Below, piece after piece: positions 44,901 through 59,900 of a DNA stretch of 64,000 bases. Position numbers and translations under genes: made by a program. Source of the DNA: Malacoraja senta. Taxonomy: Eukaryota. The stretch covers positions 248,001 through 312,000 of the forward strand of contig JAXLNO010000529.1 of the NCBI GenBank assembly GCA_038087875.1, given 5' to 3'. The notes under the pieces are model-generated. The model ran no database searches, had not been told where the DNA came from, and worked only from the letters and a program-made list of their open reading frames with translations. The first letter of the stretch is position 1; each line of letters opens with the position of its first letter.

Positions 44901-47900
44901 GTGGGACTGTGTGGGGACTGTGGGACAGTGGGACTGTGTGGGACTGTGGGACTGTGTGGGGACTGTGGGACTGTGTGGGGATGTGGGACTGTGGGGACTG
45001 TGTGGGACTGTGGGACTGTGTGGGGACTGTGGGACTGTGTGGGGACTGTGGGACTGTGTGGGGACTGTGGGACTGTGTGGGACTGGTGGGTCTGTGGGGA
45101 CTGTGTGGGACTGTGTGGGACTGTGTGGGACTGTGGGGACTGTGTGGGACTGTGGGGACTGTGTGGGACTGTGTGGGACAGTGGGGAATGTGTGGGACTG
45201 TGGGGACTGTGTGGGACTGTGGGGACTGTGGGGGACTGTGTGGGAACTGTGGGACTGTGGGGACTGTGTTAGACTGTGTGGGACTGTGGGGACTGTGTGG
45301 GACTGTGGGGACTGTGTGGGACTGTGTGGGACTGTGGGGACTGTGTGGGGACTGTGTGGTACGTGGGGACTGTGTGCGACAGTGTGGGACTGTGGGGGAC
45401 TGTGTGGGACTGTGGGGGGACTGTGTGGGACTGTGTGGGGACTGTGGGGTCTGTGTGGGACTGTGGGGACTGTGTGGGACTGTGTGGGACTGTGTGGGAC
45501 TGTGTGGGGACTGTGGGGACTGTGTGGGGACTGTGGGACTGTGTGGGACTGTGTGGGGACTGTGGGGACTGTGTGGGACTGTGGGGACTGTGTGGGACTG
45601 TGGGACTGTGTGGGACTGTGGGGACTGTGTGTGACTGTGGGACTGTGTGGGACTGTGTGGACTCTGTGGGGACTGTGTGGGACTGTGTGGGACTGTGTGG
45701 GACTGTGGGGACTGTGGGACTGTGGGGACTGTGTGGGGACTGTGGGGACTGTGTGGGACTGTGTGGGGACTGTGGGGACTGTGTGGGACTGTGGGGGTCT
45801 GTGTGGGACTGTGTGGGACTGTGGGGACTGTGTGGGACTGTGGGGACTGTGGGGACTATGTGGGACTGTGGGGACTGTGTGGGGACTGTGGGGACTGTGT
45901 GGGACTGTGTGGGACTGTGTGGGACTGTGGGGACTATGTGGGGACTGTGTGGGACTGTGTGGGACTGTGGGGACTGTGTGGGACTGTGTGGGACTGTGTG
46001 GGACTGTGGGGAATGTGTGGGACTGTGGGGACTGTGTGGGACTGTGGGGGACTGTGTGGGAAATGTGGGGACTGTGGGGACTGTGTTAGACTGTGGGGAC
46101 TGTGTGGGACTGTGGGGACTGTGTGGGACTGTGTGGGACTGTGGGGACTGTGTGGGGACTGTGTGCGACGTGTGGACTGTGGGGACTGTGTGCGACTGTG
46201 TGGGACTGTGGGGGACTGTGTGGGACTGTGGGGGACTGTGTGGGACTGTGTGGGGACTGTGGGGACTGTGTGGGACTGTGTGGGACTGTGGGGGACTGTG
46301 GGGGACTGTGCGGGACTGTGTGGGACTGTGTGGGGACTGTGTGGGGACTGTGGGGACTGTGTGGGGACTGTGGGACTGTGTGGGACTGTGTGGGGACTGT
46401 GGGGACTGTGTGGGACTGTGGGGACTGTGTGGGACTGTGGGACTGTGTGGGACTGTGGGGACTGTGTGTGACTGTGGGACTGTGTGGGACTGTGTGGTCT
46501 CTGTGGGGACTGTGTGGGACTGTGGGGGGACTGTGTGGGACTGTGTGGGACTGTGGGGACTGTGGGACTGTGGGGACTGTGTGGGGACTGTGGGGGACCG
46601 TGTGGGGACTGTGGGGGACTGTGTGGACTGTGGGGACTGTGGGACTGTGTGGGGACTGTGTGGGGACTGTGGGACTGTGTGGGGACTGTGTGGACTGTGG
46701 GACTGTGGGACTGGGTGGGGACTGTGGGGGACTGTGTGGTGACTGTGGGGACTGTGGGACTGTGTTGGACTGTGGGGACTGTGGGACTGTGTGGGGACTG
46801 TGGGGGACTGTGGGGACTGTGGGACTGTGTGGGACTGTGTGGCTGTGGGACTGTGTGGACTGTGGGACTGTGTGGGGACTGTGGGGCTGTGTGGGACTGT
46901 GGGGAATGTGTGGGGACTGTGGGACTGTGGGGACTGTGGGGTCTGTGGGACTGTGTTGGGACTGTGGGACTGTGTGGGGACTGTGGGACAGTGGGGACTG
47001 TGTGGGACTGTGGGACTGTGTGGGGACTGTGGGACTGTGTGGGGAGTGTGGGACTGTGGGGACTGTGTGGGACTGTGGGACTGTGTGGGGACTGTGGGAC
47101 TGTGTGGGGACTGTGGGACTGTGTGGGGACTGTGGGGACTGTGTGGGACTGTGTGGGGACTGTGTGGGACTGTGTGGGACTGTGTGGGACTGTGGGGACT
47201 GTGTGGGACTGTGGGGACTGTGTGGGACTGTGTGGGACAGTGGGGAATGTGTGGGACTGTGGGGACTGTGTGGGACTGTGGGGGACTGTGGGGACTGTGT
47301 GGGAACTGTGGGGACTGTGGGGACTGTGTTAGACTGTGTGGGACTGTGGGGACTGTGTGGGACTGTGGGGACTGTGTGGGACTGTGTGGGACTGTGGGGA
47401 CTGTGTGGGGACTGTGTGGGACTGTGGGGACTGTGTGCGACAGTGTGGGACTGTGGGGGACTGTGTGGGACTGTGGGGGACTGTGTGGGACTGTGTGGGG
47501 ACTGTGGGGACTGTGTGGGACTGTGGGACTGTGTGGGACTGTGTGGGACTGTGTGGGACTGTGTGGGGACTGTGGGGACTGTGTGGGGACTGTGGGACTG
47601 TGTGGGACTGTGTGGGGACTGTGGGGACTGTGTGGGACTGTGGGGACTGTGTGGGACTATGGGACTGTGTGGGACTGTGGGGACTGTGTGTGACTGTGGG
47701 ACTGTGTGGGACTGTGTGGACTCTGTGGGGACTGTGTGGGACTGTGTGGGACTGTGTGGGACTGTGGGGACTGTGGGACTGTGGGGACTGTGTGGGGACT
47801 GTGGGGGACCGTGTGGGGACTGTGGGGGACTGTGTGGACTGTAGGGACTGTGGGACTGTGTGGGGACTGTGGGACTGTGTGGGGACTGTGTGGACTGTGG

Positions 47901-50900
47901 GACTGTGGGACTGTGTGGGGACTGTGGGGACTGTGTGGGGACTGTGTGGGGACTGTGGGACTGTGTGGGGACTGTGTGGGACTGTGGGACTGTGTGGGGA
48001 CTGTGTGGGACTGTGTGGGGACTGTGGGGACTGTGGGACTGTGTTGGACTGTGGGGACTGTGGGACTGTGTGGGGACTGTGGGGGACTGTGGGGACTGTG
48101 GGACTGTGTGGGACTGTGTGGCTGTGGGACTGTGTGGGACTGTGGGACTGTGTAGGGACTGTGGGGCTGTGTGGGACTGTGGGGAATGTGTGGGGACTGT
48201 GGGACTGTGGGGACTGTGGGGTCTGTGGGACTGTGTGGGGACTGTGGGACTGTGTGGGGACTGTGGGACAGTGGGGACTGTGTGGGACTGTGGGACTGTG
48301 TGGGAACTGTGGGACTGTGTGGGGACTGTGGGACTGTGGGGACTGTGTGGGACTGTGGGACTGTGTGGGGACTGTGGGACTGTGTGGGGACTGTGGACTG
48401 TGTGGGGACTGTGGGGACTGTGTGGGACTGTGTGGGGACTGTGTGGGGACTGTGTGGGGATGTGGGACTGTGGGACTGTGTGGGACTGTGGGGGAATGTG
48501 GGGGACTGTGGGGACTGTGGGGACTGTGGGGGAATGTGGGACTGTGGGGGACTGTGTGGACTGTGGGGGAATGTGGGACTGTGGGGGACTGTGCGACTGT
48601 GGGGGAATGTGGGGACTGTGGGGGCTGTGGGGAATGTGGGGGACTGTGGGACTGTGGGGGACTGTGCGACTGTCGGGGAATGTGGGAATGTGGGGACTGT
48701 GTGGGGACTGTGTGGGGACTGTGGGGACTGGGGGGACTGTGGGGACTGTGGGGGAATGTGGGACTGTTGGGACGTGGGGACTTGTGGGACTGTGGACTGT
48801 GTGGGACTGTGGGGGACTGTGGGACTGTGGGACTGTGTGGGGACTGTGGGGGACTGTGGGACTGTGGGGACTGTGTGGGACTGTGTGGGGACTGTGGGAC
48901 TGTGGGACTGTCGGAGACTGTGGGACTGTGGGGACTGTGTGGGGACTGTGGGGGCTGTGGGGACTGTGGGGACTGTGTGGGGACTGGGACTGTGTGGGGA
49001 CTGTGGGGACTGTGGGGACTGTGTGGGGACAGTGGGACTGTGTGGGGACTGTGGGACTGTGGGACTGTGTGGGGACTGTGGGACTGTGTGGGGACTGTGG
49101 GGACTGTGGGACTGTGGGGACTGTGGGGACTGTGGGACTGTGTGGGGACTGTGGGACTGTGTGGGGACTGTGGGACTGTGGTGACTGTGTGGGACTGTGG
49201 GACTGTGTGGGGACTGTGGGGCTGTGAGGGGACTGTGGGACTGTGTGGGGACTGTGGGGACTGTGTGGGACTGTGTGGGGACTGTGTGGGACTGTGTGGG
49301 GATGTGGGACTGTGGGACTGTGTGGGACTGTGGGGGAATGTGGGGGACTGTGGGGACTGTGGGGACTGTGAGGGAATGTGGGACTGTGGGGGACTGTGTG
49401 GACTGTGGGGGAATGTGGGACTGTGGGGGACTGTGCGACTGTGGGGGAATGTGGGGACTGTGGGGGCTGTGGGGACTGTGGGGGACTGTGGGACTGTGGG
49501 GGACTGTGCGACTGTGGGGGAATGTGGGACTGTGGGGACTGTGTGGGGACTGTGTGGGGACTGTGTGGGGACTGTGGGACTGGGGGGACTGTGGGGACTG
49601 TGGGGGAATGTGGGACTGTGGGGGACTGTGGGGACTGTGGGGAATGTGTGGGACTGTGTGGGACTGTGGGGAATGTGTGGGACTGTGTGGGACTGTGGGA
49701 CTGTGTGGGACTGTGGGGACTGTGTGGGACTGTGGGGACTGTGTGGGACTGTGTGGGGACTGTGGGGACTGTGTGGGACTGTGGGGGTCTGTGTGGGACT
49801 GTGTGGGACTGTGGGGACTGTGTGGGACTGTGGGGACTGTGGGGACTATGTGGGACTGTGGGGACTGTGTGGGGACTGTGGGGACTGTGTGGGACTGTGT
49901 GGGACTGTGTGGGACTGTGGGGACTATGTGGGGACTGTGTGGGACTGTGTGGGACTGTGTGGGACTGTGGGGACTGTGTGGGACTGTGGGGACTGTGTGG
50001 GACTGTGTGGGACTGTGGGGAATGTGTGGGACTGTGGGGACTGTGTGGGACTGTGGGGGACTGTGGGGGACTGTGTGGGAAATGTGGGGACTGTGGGGAC
50101 TGTGTTAGACTGTGGGGACTGTGTGGGACTGTGGGGACTGTGTGGGACTGTGTGGGACTGTGGGGACTGTGTGGGGACTGTGTGGGACTGTGGGGACTGT
50201 GTGCGACTGTGTGGGTCTGTGGGGGACTGTGTGGGACTGTGGGGGACTGTGTGGGACTGTGTCGGGACTGTGGGGACTGTGTGGGACTGTGTGGGACTGT
50301 GGGGGACTGTGGGGGACTGTGCGGGACTGTGTGGGACTGTGTGGGGACTGTGTGGGGACTGTGGGGACTGTGTGGGGACTGTGGGACTGTGTGGGACTGT
50401 GTGGGGACTGTGGGGACTGTGTGGGACTGTGGGGACTGTGTGGGACTGTGGGACTGTGTGGGACTGTGGGGACTGTGTGTGACTGTGGGACTGTGTGGGA
50501 CTGTGGGGACTCTGTGGGGACTGTGTGGGACTGTGGGGGACTGTGTGGGACTGTGTGGGACTGTGGGGACTGTGGGACTGTGGGGACTGTGTGGGGACTG
50601 TGGGGACCGTGTGGGGACTGTGGGGGACTGTGTGGACTGTGGGGACTGTGGGACTGTGTGGGGACTGTGTGGGGACTGTGGGACTGTGTGGGGACTGTGT
50701 GGACTGTGGGACTGTGGGACTGGGTGGGGACTGTGGGGGACTGTGTGGTGACTGTGGGGACTGTGGGACTGTGTTGGACTGTGGGGACTGTGGGACTGTG
50801 TGGGGACTGTGGGGGACTGTGGGACTGTGTGGGACTGTGTGGCTGTGGGACTGTGTGGGACTGTGGGACTGTGTGGGGACTGTGGGGCTGTGTGGGACTG

Positions 50901-53900
50901 TGGGGAATGTGTGGGGACTGTGGGACTGTGGGGACTGTGGGGTCTGTGGGACTGTGTTGGGACTGTGGGACTGTGTGGGGACTGTGGGACAGTGGGGACT
51001 GTGTGGGACTGTGGGACTGTGTGGGGACTGTGGGACTGTGTGGGGAGTGTGGGACTGTGGGGACTGTGTGGGACTGTGGGACTGTGTGGGGACTGTGGGA
51101 CTGTGTGGGGACTGTGGGACTGTGTGGGGACTGTGGGGACTGTGTGGGACTGTGTGGGGACTGTGTGGGACTGTGTGGGACTGTGTGGGACTGTGGGGAC
51201 TGTGTGGGACTGTGGGGACTGTGTGGGACTGTGTGGGACAGTGGGGAATGTGTGGGACTGTGGGGACTGTGTGGGACTGTGGGGGACTGTGGGGGACTGT
51301 GTGGGAACTGTGGGGACTGTGGGGACTGTGTTAGACTGTGTGGGACTGTGGGGACTGTGTGGGACTGTGGGGACTGTGTGGGACTGTGTGGGACTGTGGG
51401 GGACTGTGTGGGGACTGTGTGGGACTGTGGGGACTGTGTGCGACAGTGTGGGACTGTGGGGGACTGTGTGGGACTGTGGGGGACTGTGTGGGACTGTGTG
51501 GGGACTGTGGGGACTGTGTGGGACTGTGGGACTGTGTGGGACTGTGTGGGACTGTGTGGGACTGTGTGGGGACTGTGTGGGGACTGTGGGGACTGTGTGG
51601 GGACTGTGGGGACTGTGTGGGGACTGTGGGGACTGTGTGGGACTGTGTGGGGACTGTGGGGACTGTGTGGGACTGTGGGGACTGTGTGGGACTGTGGGAC
51701 TGTGTGGGACTGTGGGGACTGTGTGTGACTGTGGGACTGTGTGGGACTGTGTGGACTCTGTGGGGACTGTGTGGGACTGTGTTGGACTGTGTGGGACTGT
51801 GGGGACTGTGGGACTGTGGGGACTGTGTGGGGACTGTGGGGGACCGTGTGGGGACTGTGGGGGACTGTGGTGGACTGTAGGGACTGTGGGACTGTGTGGG
51901 GACTGTGGGACTGTGTGGGGACTGTGTGGACTGTGGGACTGTGGGACTGTGTGGGGACTGTGGGGGACTGTGTGGGGACTGTGTGGGGACTGTGGGACTG
52001 TGTGGGGACTGTGTGGGACTGTGGGGACTGTGTGCGACAGTGTGGGACTGTGGGGGACTGTGTGGGACTGTGGGGGACTGTGTGGGACTGTGTGGGGACT
52101 GTGGGGACTGTGTGGGACTGTGGGACTGTGTGGGACTGTGTGGGACTGTGTGGGACTGTGTGGGGACTGTGTGGGGACTGTGGGGACTGTGTGGGGACTG
52201 TGGGACTGTGTGGGACTGTGTGGGGACTGTGGGGACTGTGTGGGACTGTGGGGACTGTGTGGGACTGTGGGACTGTGTGGGACTGTGGGGACTGTGTGTG
52301 ACTGTGGGACTGTGTGGGACTGTGTGGACTCTGTGGGGACTGTGTGGGACTGTGTTGGACTGTGTGGGACTGTGGGGACTGTGGGACTGTGGGGACTGTG
52401 TGGGGACTGTGGGGGACCGTGTGGGGACTGTGGGGGATTGTGTGGACTGTAGGGACTGTGGGACTGTGTGGGGACTGTGGGACTGTGTGGGGACTGTGTG
52501 GACTGTGGGACTGTGGGACTGTGTGGGGACTGTGGGGGGACTGTGTGGGGACTGTGGACTGTGTGGGGACTGTGTGGGACTGTGGGACTGTGTGGGGACT
52601 GTGTGGGACTGTGTGGGGACTGTGGGGACTGTGGGACTGTGTTGGACTGTGGGGACTGTGGGACTGTGTGGGGACTGTGGGGGACTGTGGGGACTGTGGG
52701 ACTGTGTGGGACTGTGTGGCTGTGGGACTGTGTGGGACTGTGGGACTGTGTAGGGACTGTGGGGCTGTGTGGGACTGTGGGGAATGTGTGGGGACTGTGG
52801 GACTGTGGGGACTGTGGGGTCTGTGGGACTGTGTGGGGACTGTGGGACTGTGTGGGGACTGTGGGACAGTGGGGACTGTGTGGGACTGTGGGACTGTGTG
52901 GGAACTGTGGGACTGTGTGGGGACTGTGGGACTGTGGGGACTGTGTGGGACTGTGGGACTGTGTGGGGACTGTGGGACTGTGTGGGGACTGTGGGACTGT
53001 GTGGGGACTGTGGGGACTGTGTGGGACTGTGTGGGGGACTGTGTGGGACTGTGTGGGGATGTGGGACTGTGGGACTGTGTGGGACTGTGGGGGAATGTGG
53101 GGGACTGTGGGGACTGTGGGGACTGTGGGGGAATGTGGGACTGTGGGGGACTGTGTGGACTGTGGGGGAATGTGGGACTGTGGGGGACTGTGCGACTGTG
53201 GGGGAATGTGGGGACTGTGGGGGCTGTGGGGAATGTGGGGGACTGTGGGACTGTGGGGGACTGTGCGACTGTCGGGGAATGTGGGACTGTGGGGACTGTG
53301 TGGGGACTGTGTGGGGACTGTGGGACTGGGGGGACTGTGGGGACTGTGGGGGAATGTGGGACTGTGGGGGACTGTGGGGACTGTGTGGGACTGTGGGGGA
53401 CTGTGGGACTGTGGGACTGTGTGGGGACTGTGGGGACTGTGGGACTGTGGGGACTGTGTGGGACTGTGTGGGGACTGTGGGACTGTGGGACTGTCGGAGA
53501 CTGTGGGACTGTGGGGACTGTGTGGGGACTGTGGGGGCTGTGGGGACTGTGGGGACTGTGTGGGGACTGGGACTGTGTGGGGGACTGTGGGGACTGTGGG
53601 GACTGTGTGGGGACAGTGGGACTGTGTGGGGACTGTGGGACTGTGGGACTGTGTGGGGACTGTGGGACTGTGTGGGGACTGTGGGGACTGTGGGACTGTG
53701 GGGACTGTGGGGACTGTGGGACTGTGTGGGGACTGTGGGGACTGTGTGGGGACTGTGGGACTGTGGTGACTGTGTGGGACTGTGGGACTGTGTGGGGACT
53801 GTGGGGCTGTGAGGGACTGTGGGACTGTGTGGGGACTGTGGGGACTGTGTGGGACTGTGTGGGGACTGTGTGGGGACTGTGTGGGGATGTGGGACTGTGG

Positions 53901-56900
53901 GACTGTGTGGGACTGTGGGGGAATGTGGGGGACTGTGGGGACTGTGGGGACTGTGAGGGAATGTGGGACTGTGGGGGACTGTGTGGACTGTGGGGGAATG
54001 TGGGACTGTGGGGGACTGTGCGACTGTGGGGGAATGTGGGGACTGTGGGGGCTGTGGGGACTGTGGGGGACTGTGGGACTGTGGGGGACTGTGCGACTGT
54101 GGGGGAATGTGGGACTGTGGGGACTGTGTGGGGACTGTGTGGGGACTGTGTGGGGACTGTGGGACTGGGGGGACTGTGGGGACTGTGGGGGAATGTGGGA
54201 CTGTGGGGGACTGTGGGGACTGTGGGGAATGTGTGGGACTGTTTGGGACTGTGGGGAATGTGTGGGACTGTGTGGGACTGTGGGACTGTGTGGGACTGTG
54301 GGGACTGTGTGGGACTGTGGGGACTGTGTGGGACTGTGTGGGGACTGTGGGGACTGTGTGGGACTGTGGGGGTCTGTGTGGGACTGTGTGGGACTGTGGG
54401 GACTGTGTGGGACTGTGGGGACTGTGGGGACTATGTGGACTGTGGGGACTGTGTGGGGACTGTGGGGACTGTGTGGGACTGTGTGGGACTGTGTGGGACT
54501 GTGGGGACTATGTGGGGACTGTGTGGGACTGTGTGGGACTGTGTGGGACTGTGGGACTGTGTGGGACTGTGGGGACTGTGTGGGACTGTGTGGGACTGTG
54601 GGGAATGTGTGGGACTGTGGGGACTGTGTGGGGACTGTGGGGGACTGTGGGGACTGTGTGGGAAATGTGGGGACTGTGGGGACTGTGTTAGACGTGGGGA
54701 CTGTGTGGGACTGTGGGGACTGTGTGGGACTGTGTGGGACTGTGGGGGACTGTGTGGGGACTGTGTGGGACTGTGGGGACTGTGTGCGACTGTGTGGGTC
54801 TGTGGGGGACTGTGTGGGACTGTGGGGGACTGTGTGGGACTGTGTTGGGACTGTGGGGACTGTGTGGGACTGTGTGGGACTGTGGGGGACTGTGAGGGAC
54901 TGTGCGGGACTGTGTGGGACTGTGTGGGGACTGTGTGGGGACTGTGGGGACTGTGTGGGGACTGTGGGACTGTGTGGGACTGTGTGGGGACTGTGGGGAC
55001 TGTGTGGGACTGTGGGGACTGTGTGGGACTGTGGGACTGTGTGGGACTGTGGGGACTGTGTGTGACTGTGGGACTGTGTGGGACTGTGTGGACTCTGTGG
55101 GGGACTGTGTGGGACTGTGGGGGACTGTGTGGGACTGTGTGGGACTGTGGGGACTGTGGGACTGTGGGGACTGTGTGGGGACTGTGGGGGACCGTGTGGG
55201 GACTGTGGGGGACTGTGTGGACTGTGGGACTGTGTGGGACTGTGTGGGGACTGTGGGACTGTGTGGGGACTGTGTGGACTGTGGGACTGTGGGACTGGGT
55301 GGGGACTGTGGGTGACTGTGTGGTGACTGTGGGGACTGTGGGACTGTGTTGGACTGTGGGGACTGTGGGACTGTGTGGGGACTGTGGGGGACTGTGGGGA
55401 CTGTGGGACTGTGTGGGACTGTGTGGCTGTGGGACTGTGTGGGACTGTGGGACTGTGTGGGGACTGTGGGGCTGTGTGGGACTGTGGGAATGTGTGGGGA
55501 CTGTGGGGACTGTGTGGGACTGTGGGGGACTGTGGGGGACTGTGTTGGGACTGTGGGACTGTGGGACTGTGTTAGACTGTGGGGACTGTGTGGGACTGTG
55601 GGGACTGTGTGGGACTGTGTGGGACTGTGGGGACTGTGTGGGGACTGTGTGGGACTGTGGGGACTGTGTGCGACTGTGTGGGTCTGTGGGGGACTGTGTG
55701 GGACTGTGGGGGACTGTGTGGGACTGTGTCGGGACTGTGGGGACTGTGTGGGACTGTGTGGGACTGTGGGGGACTGTGGGGACTGTGCGGGACTGTGTGG
55801 GACTGTGTGGGGACTGTGTGGGGACTGTGGGGACTGTGTGGGGACTGTGGGACTGTGTGGGACTGTGTGGGGACGGTGGGGACTGTGTGGGACTGTGGGG
55901 ACTGTGTGGGACTGTGGGACTGTGTGGGACTGTGGGGACTGTGTGTGACTGTGGGACTGTGTGGGACTGTGTGGACTCTGTGGGGACTGTGTGGGACTGT
56001 GGGGGACTGTGTGGGACTGTGTGGGACTGTGGGGACTGTGGGACTGTGGGGACTGTGTGGGGACTGTGGGGGACCGTGTGGGGACTGTGGGGGACTGTGT
56101 GGACTGTGGGGACTGTGGGACTGTGTGGGGACTGTGTGGGGACTGTGGGACTGTGTGGGGACTGTGTGGACTGTGGGACTGTGGGACTGGGTGGGGACTG
56201 TGGGGGACTGTGTGGTGACTGTGGGGACTGTGGGACTGTGTTGGACTGTGGGGACTGTGGGACTGTGTGGGGACTGTGGGGGACTGTGGGGACTGTGGGA
56301 CTGTGTGGGACTGTGTGGCTGTGGGACTGTGTGGGACTGTGGGACTGTGTGGGGACTGTGGGGCTGTGTGGGACTGTGGGGAATGTGTGGGGACTGTGGG
56401 ACTGTGGGGACTGTGGGGTCTGTGGGACTGTGTTGGGACTGTGGGACTGTGTGGGGACTGTGGGACAGTGGGGACTGTGTGGGACTGTGGGACTGTGTGG
56501 GGACTGTGGGACTGTGTGGGGAGTGTGGGACTGTGGGGACTGTGTGGGACTGTGGGACTGTGTGGGGACTGTGGGACTGTGTGGGGACTGTGGGACTGTG
56601 TGGGGACTGTGGGGACTGTGTGGGACTGTGTGGGGACTGTGTGGGACTGTGTGGGACTGTGGGGACTGTGTGGGACTGTGGGGACTGTGTGGGACTGTGT
56701 GGGACAGTGGGGAATGTGTGGGACTGTGGGGACTGTGTGGGACTGTGGGGGACTGTGGGGGACTGTGTGGGAACTGTGGGGACTGTGGGGACTGTGTTAG
56801 ACTGTGTGGGACTGTGGGGACTGTGTGGGACTGTGGGGACTGTGTGGGACTGTGTGGGACTGTGGGGACTGTGTGGGGACTGTGTGGGACTGTGGGGACT

Positions 56901-59900
56901 GTGTGCGACAGTGTGGGACTGTGGGGGACTGTGTGGGACTGTGGGGGACTGTGTGGGACTGTGTGGGGACTGTGGGGACTGTGGGGACTGTGTGGGACTG
57001 TGGGGACTGTGTGGGACTGTGGGACTGTGTGGGACTGTGGGGACTGTGTGTGACTGTGGGACTGTGTGGGACTGTGTGGACTCTGTGGGGACTGTGTGGG
57101 ACTGTGTGGGACTGTGTGGGACTGTGGGGACTGTGGGACTGTGGGGACTGTGTGGGGACTGTGGGGGACCGTGTGGGGACTGTGGGGGACTGTGTGGACT
57201 GTAGGGACTGTGGGACTGTGTGGGACTGTGGGACTGTGTGGGGACTGTGTGGACTGTGGGACTGTGGGACTGTGTGGGGACTGTGGGGGACTGTGTGGGG
57301 ACTGTGTGGGGACTGTGGGACTGTGTGGGGACTGTGTGGGACTGTGGGACTATGTGGGGACTGTGTGGGACTGTGTGGGGACTGTGGGGACTGTGGGACT
57401 GTGTTGGACTGTGGGGACTGTGGGACTGTGTGGGGACTGTGGGGGACTGTGGGGACTGTGGGACTGTGTGGCTGTGGGACTGTGTGGGACTGTGGGACTG
57501 TGTAGGGACTGTGGGGCTGTGTGGGACTGTGGGGAATGTGTGGGGACTGTGGGACTGTGGGGACTGTGGGGTCTGTGGGACTGTGTGGGGAGTGTGGGAC
57601 TGTGGGGACTGTGTGGGACTGTGGGACTGTGTGGGGACTGTGGGACTGTGTGGGGACTGTGGGACTGTGTGGGGACTGTGGGGACTGTGTGGGACTGTGT
57701 GGGGACTGTGTGGGACTGTGTGGGACTGTGGGGACTGTGTGGGACTGTGGGGACTGTGTGGGACTGTGTGGGACAGTGGGGAATGTGTGGGACTGTGGGG
57801 ACTGTGTGGGACTGTGGGGGACTGTGGGGGACTGTGTGGGAACTGTGGGGACTGTGGGGACTGTGTTAGACTGTGTGGGACTGTGGGGACTGTGTGGGAC
57901 TGTGGGGACTGTGTGGGACTGTGTGGGACTGTGGGGACTGTGTGGGGACTGTGTGGGACTGTGGGGACTGTGTGCGACAGTGTGGGACTGTGGGGGACTG
58001 TGTGGGACTGTGGGGGACTGTGTGGGACTGTGTGGGGACTGTGGGGACTGTGTGGGACTGTGGGACTGTGTGGGACTGTGTGGGACTGTGTGGGACTGTG
58101 TGGGGACTGTGTGGGGACTGTGGGGACTGTGTGGGGACTGTGGGACTGTGTGGGACTGTGTGGGGACTGTGGGGACTGTGTGGGACTGTGGGGACTGTGT
58201 GGGACTGTGGGACTGTGTGGGACTGTGGGGACTGTGTGTGACTGTGGGACTGTGTGGGACTGTGTGGACTCTGTGGGGACTGTGTGGGACTGTGTGGGAC
58301 TGTGTGGGACTGTGGGGACTGTGGGACTGTGGGGACTGTGTGGGGACTGTGGGGGACCGTGTGGGGACTGTGGGGGACTGTGTGGACTGTAGGGACTGTG
58401 GGACTGTGTGGGGACTGTGGGACTGTGTGGGGACTGTGTGGACTGTGGGACTGTGGGACTGTGTGGGGACTGTGGGGGACTGTGTGGGGACTGTGTGGGG
58501 ACTGTGGGACTGTGTGGGGACTGTGTGGGACTGTGGGACTGTGTGGGGACTGTGTGGGACTGTGTGGGGACTGTGGGGACTGTGGGACTGTGTTGGACTG
58601 TGGGGACTGTGGGACTGTGTGGGGACTGTGGGGGACTGTGGGGACTGTGGGACTGTGTGGGACTGTGTGGCTGTGGGACTGTGTGGGACTGTGGGACTGT
58701 GTAGGGACTGTGGGGCTGTGTGGGACTGTGGGGAATGTGTGGGGACTGTGGGACTGTGGGGACTGTGGGGTCTGTGGGACTGTGTGGGGACTGTGGGACT
58801 GTGTGGGGACTGTGGGACAGTGGGGACTGTGTGGGACTGTGGGACTGTGTGGGAACTGTGGGACTGTGTGGGGACTGTGGGACTGTGGGGACTGTGTGGG
58901 ACTGTGGGACTGTGTGGGGACTGTGGGACTGTGTGGTGACTGTGGGACTGTGTGGGGACTGTGGGGACTGTGTGGGACTGTGTGGGGACTGTGTGGGACT
59001 GTGTGGGGATGTGGGACTGTGGGACTGTGTGGGACTGTGGGGGAATGTGGGGGACTGTGGGGACTGTGGGGACTGTGGGGGAATGTGGGACTGTGGGGGA
59101 CTGTGTGGACTGTGGGGGAATGTGGGACTGTGGGGGACTGTGCGACTGTGGGGGAATGTGGGGACTGTGGGGGCTGTGGGGAATGTGGGGGACTGTGGGA
59201 CTGTGGGGGACTGTGCGACTGTCGGGGAATGTGGGACTGTGGGGACTGTGTGGGGACTGTGTGGGGACTGTGGGACTGGGGGGACTGTGGGGACTGTGGG
59301 GGAATGTGGGACTGTGGGGGACTGTGGGGACTGTGTGGGACTGTGGGGGACTGTGGGAATGTGGGACTGTGTGGGGACTGTGGGGGACTGTGGGACTGTG
59401 GGGACTGTGTGGGACTGTGTGGGGACTGTGGGACTGTGGGACTGTCGGAGACTGTGGGACTGTGGGGACTGTGTGGGGACTGTGGGGGCTGTGGGGACTG
59501 TGGGGACTGTGTGGGGACTCTGGGACTGTGTGGGGACTGTGGGGACTGTGGGGGCTGTGTGGGGACTGTGGGACTGTGGGACTGTGTGTGGACTGTGGAA
59601 CTGTGTGGGGACTGTGGGGACTGTGGGACTGTGGGGACTGTGGGACTGTGTGGGACTGTGGGGACTGTGTGTGGGACTGTGGGACTGTGTGGGGACTGTG
59701 GGGACTGTGTGGGGACTGTGGGGACTGTGTGGGGACTGTGGGGACTGTGGGACTGTGTGGGACTGTGTGTGGGACTGTGTGGGACTGTGGGGACTGTGTG
59801 GGACTGTGTGGGGACTGTGTGGGACTGTGGGACTGTGTGGGACTGTGTGGGGACTGTGGGGACTGTGTGGGACTGTGGGGGACTGTGGGGACTGTGGGGG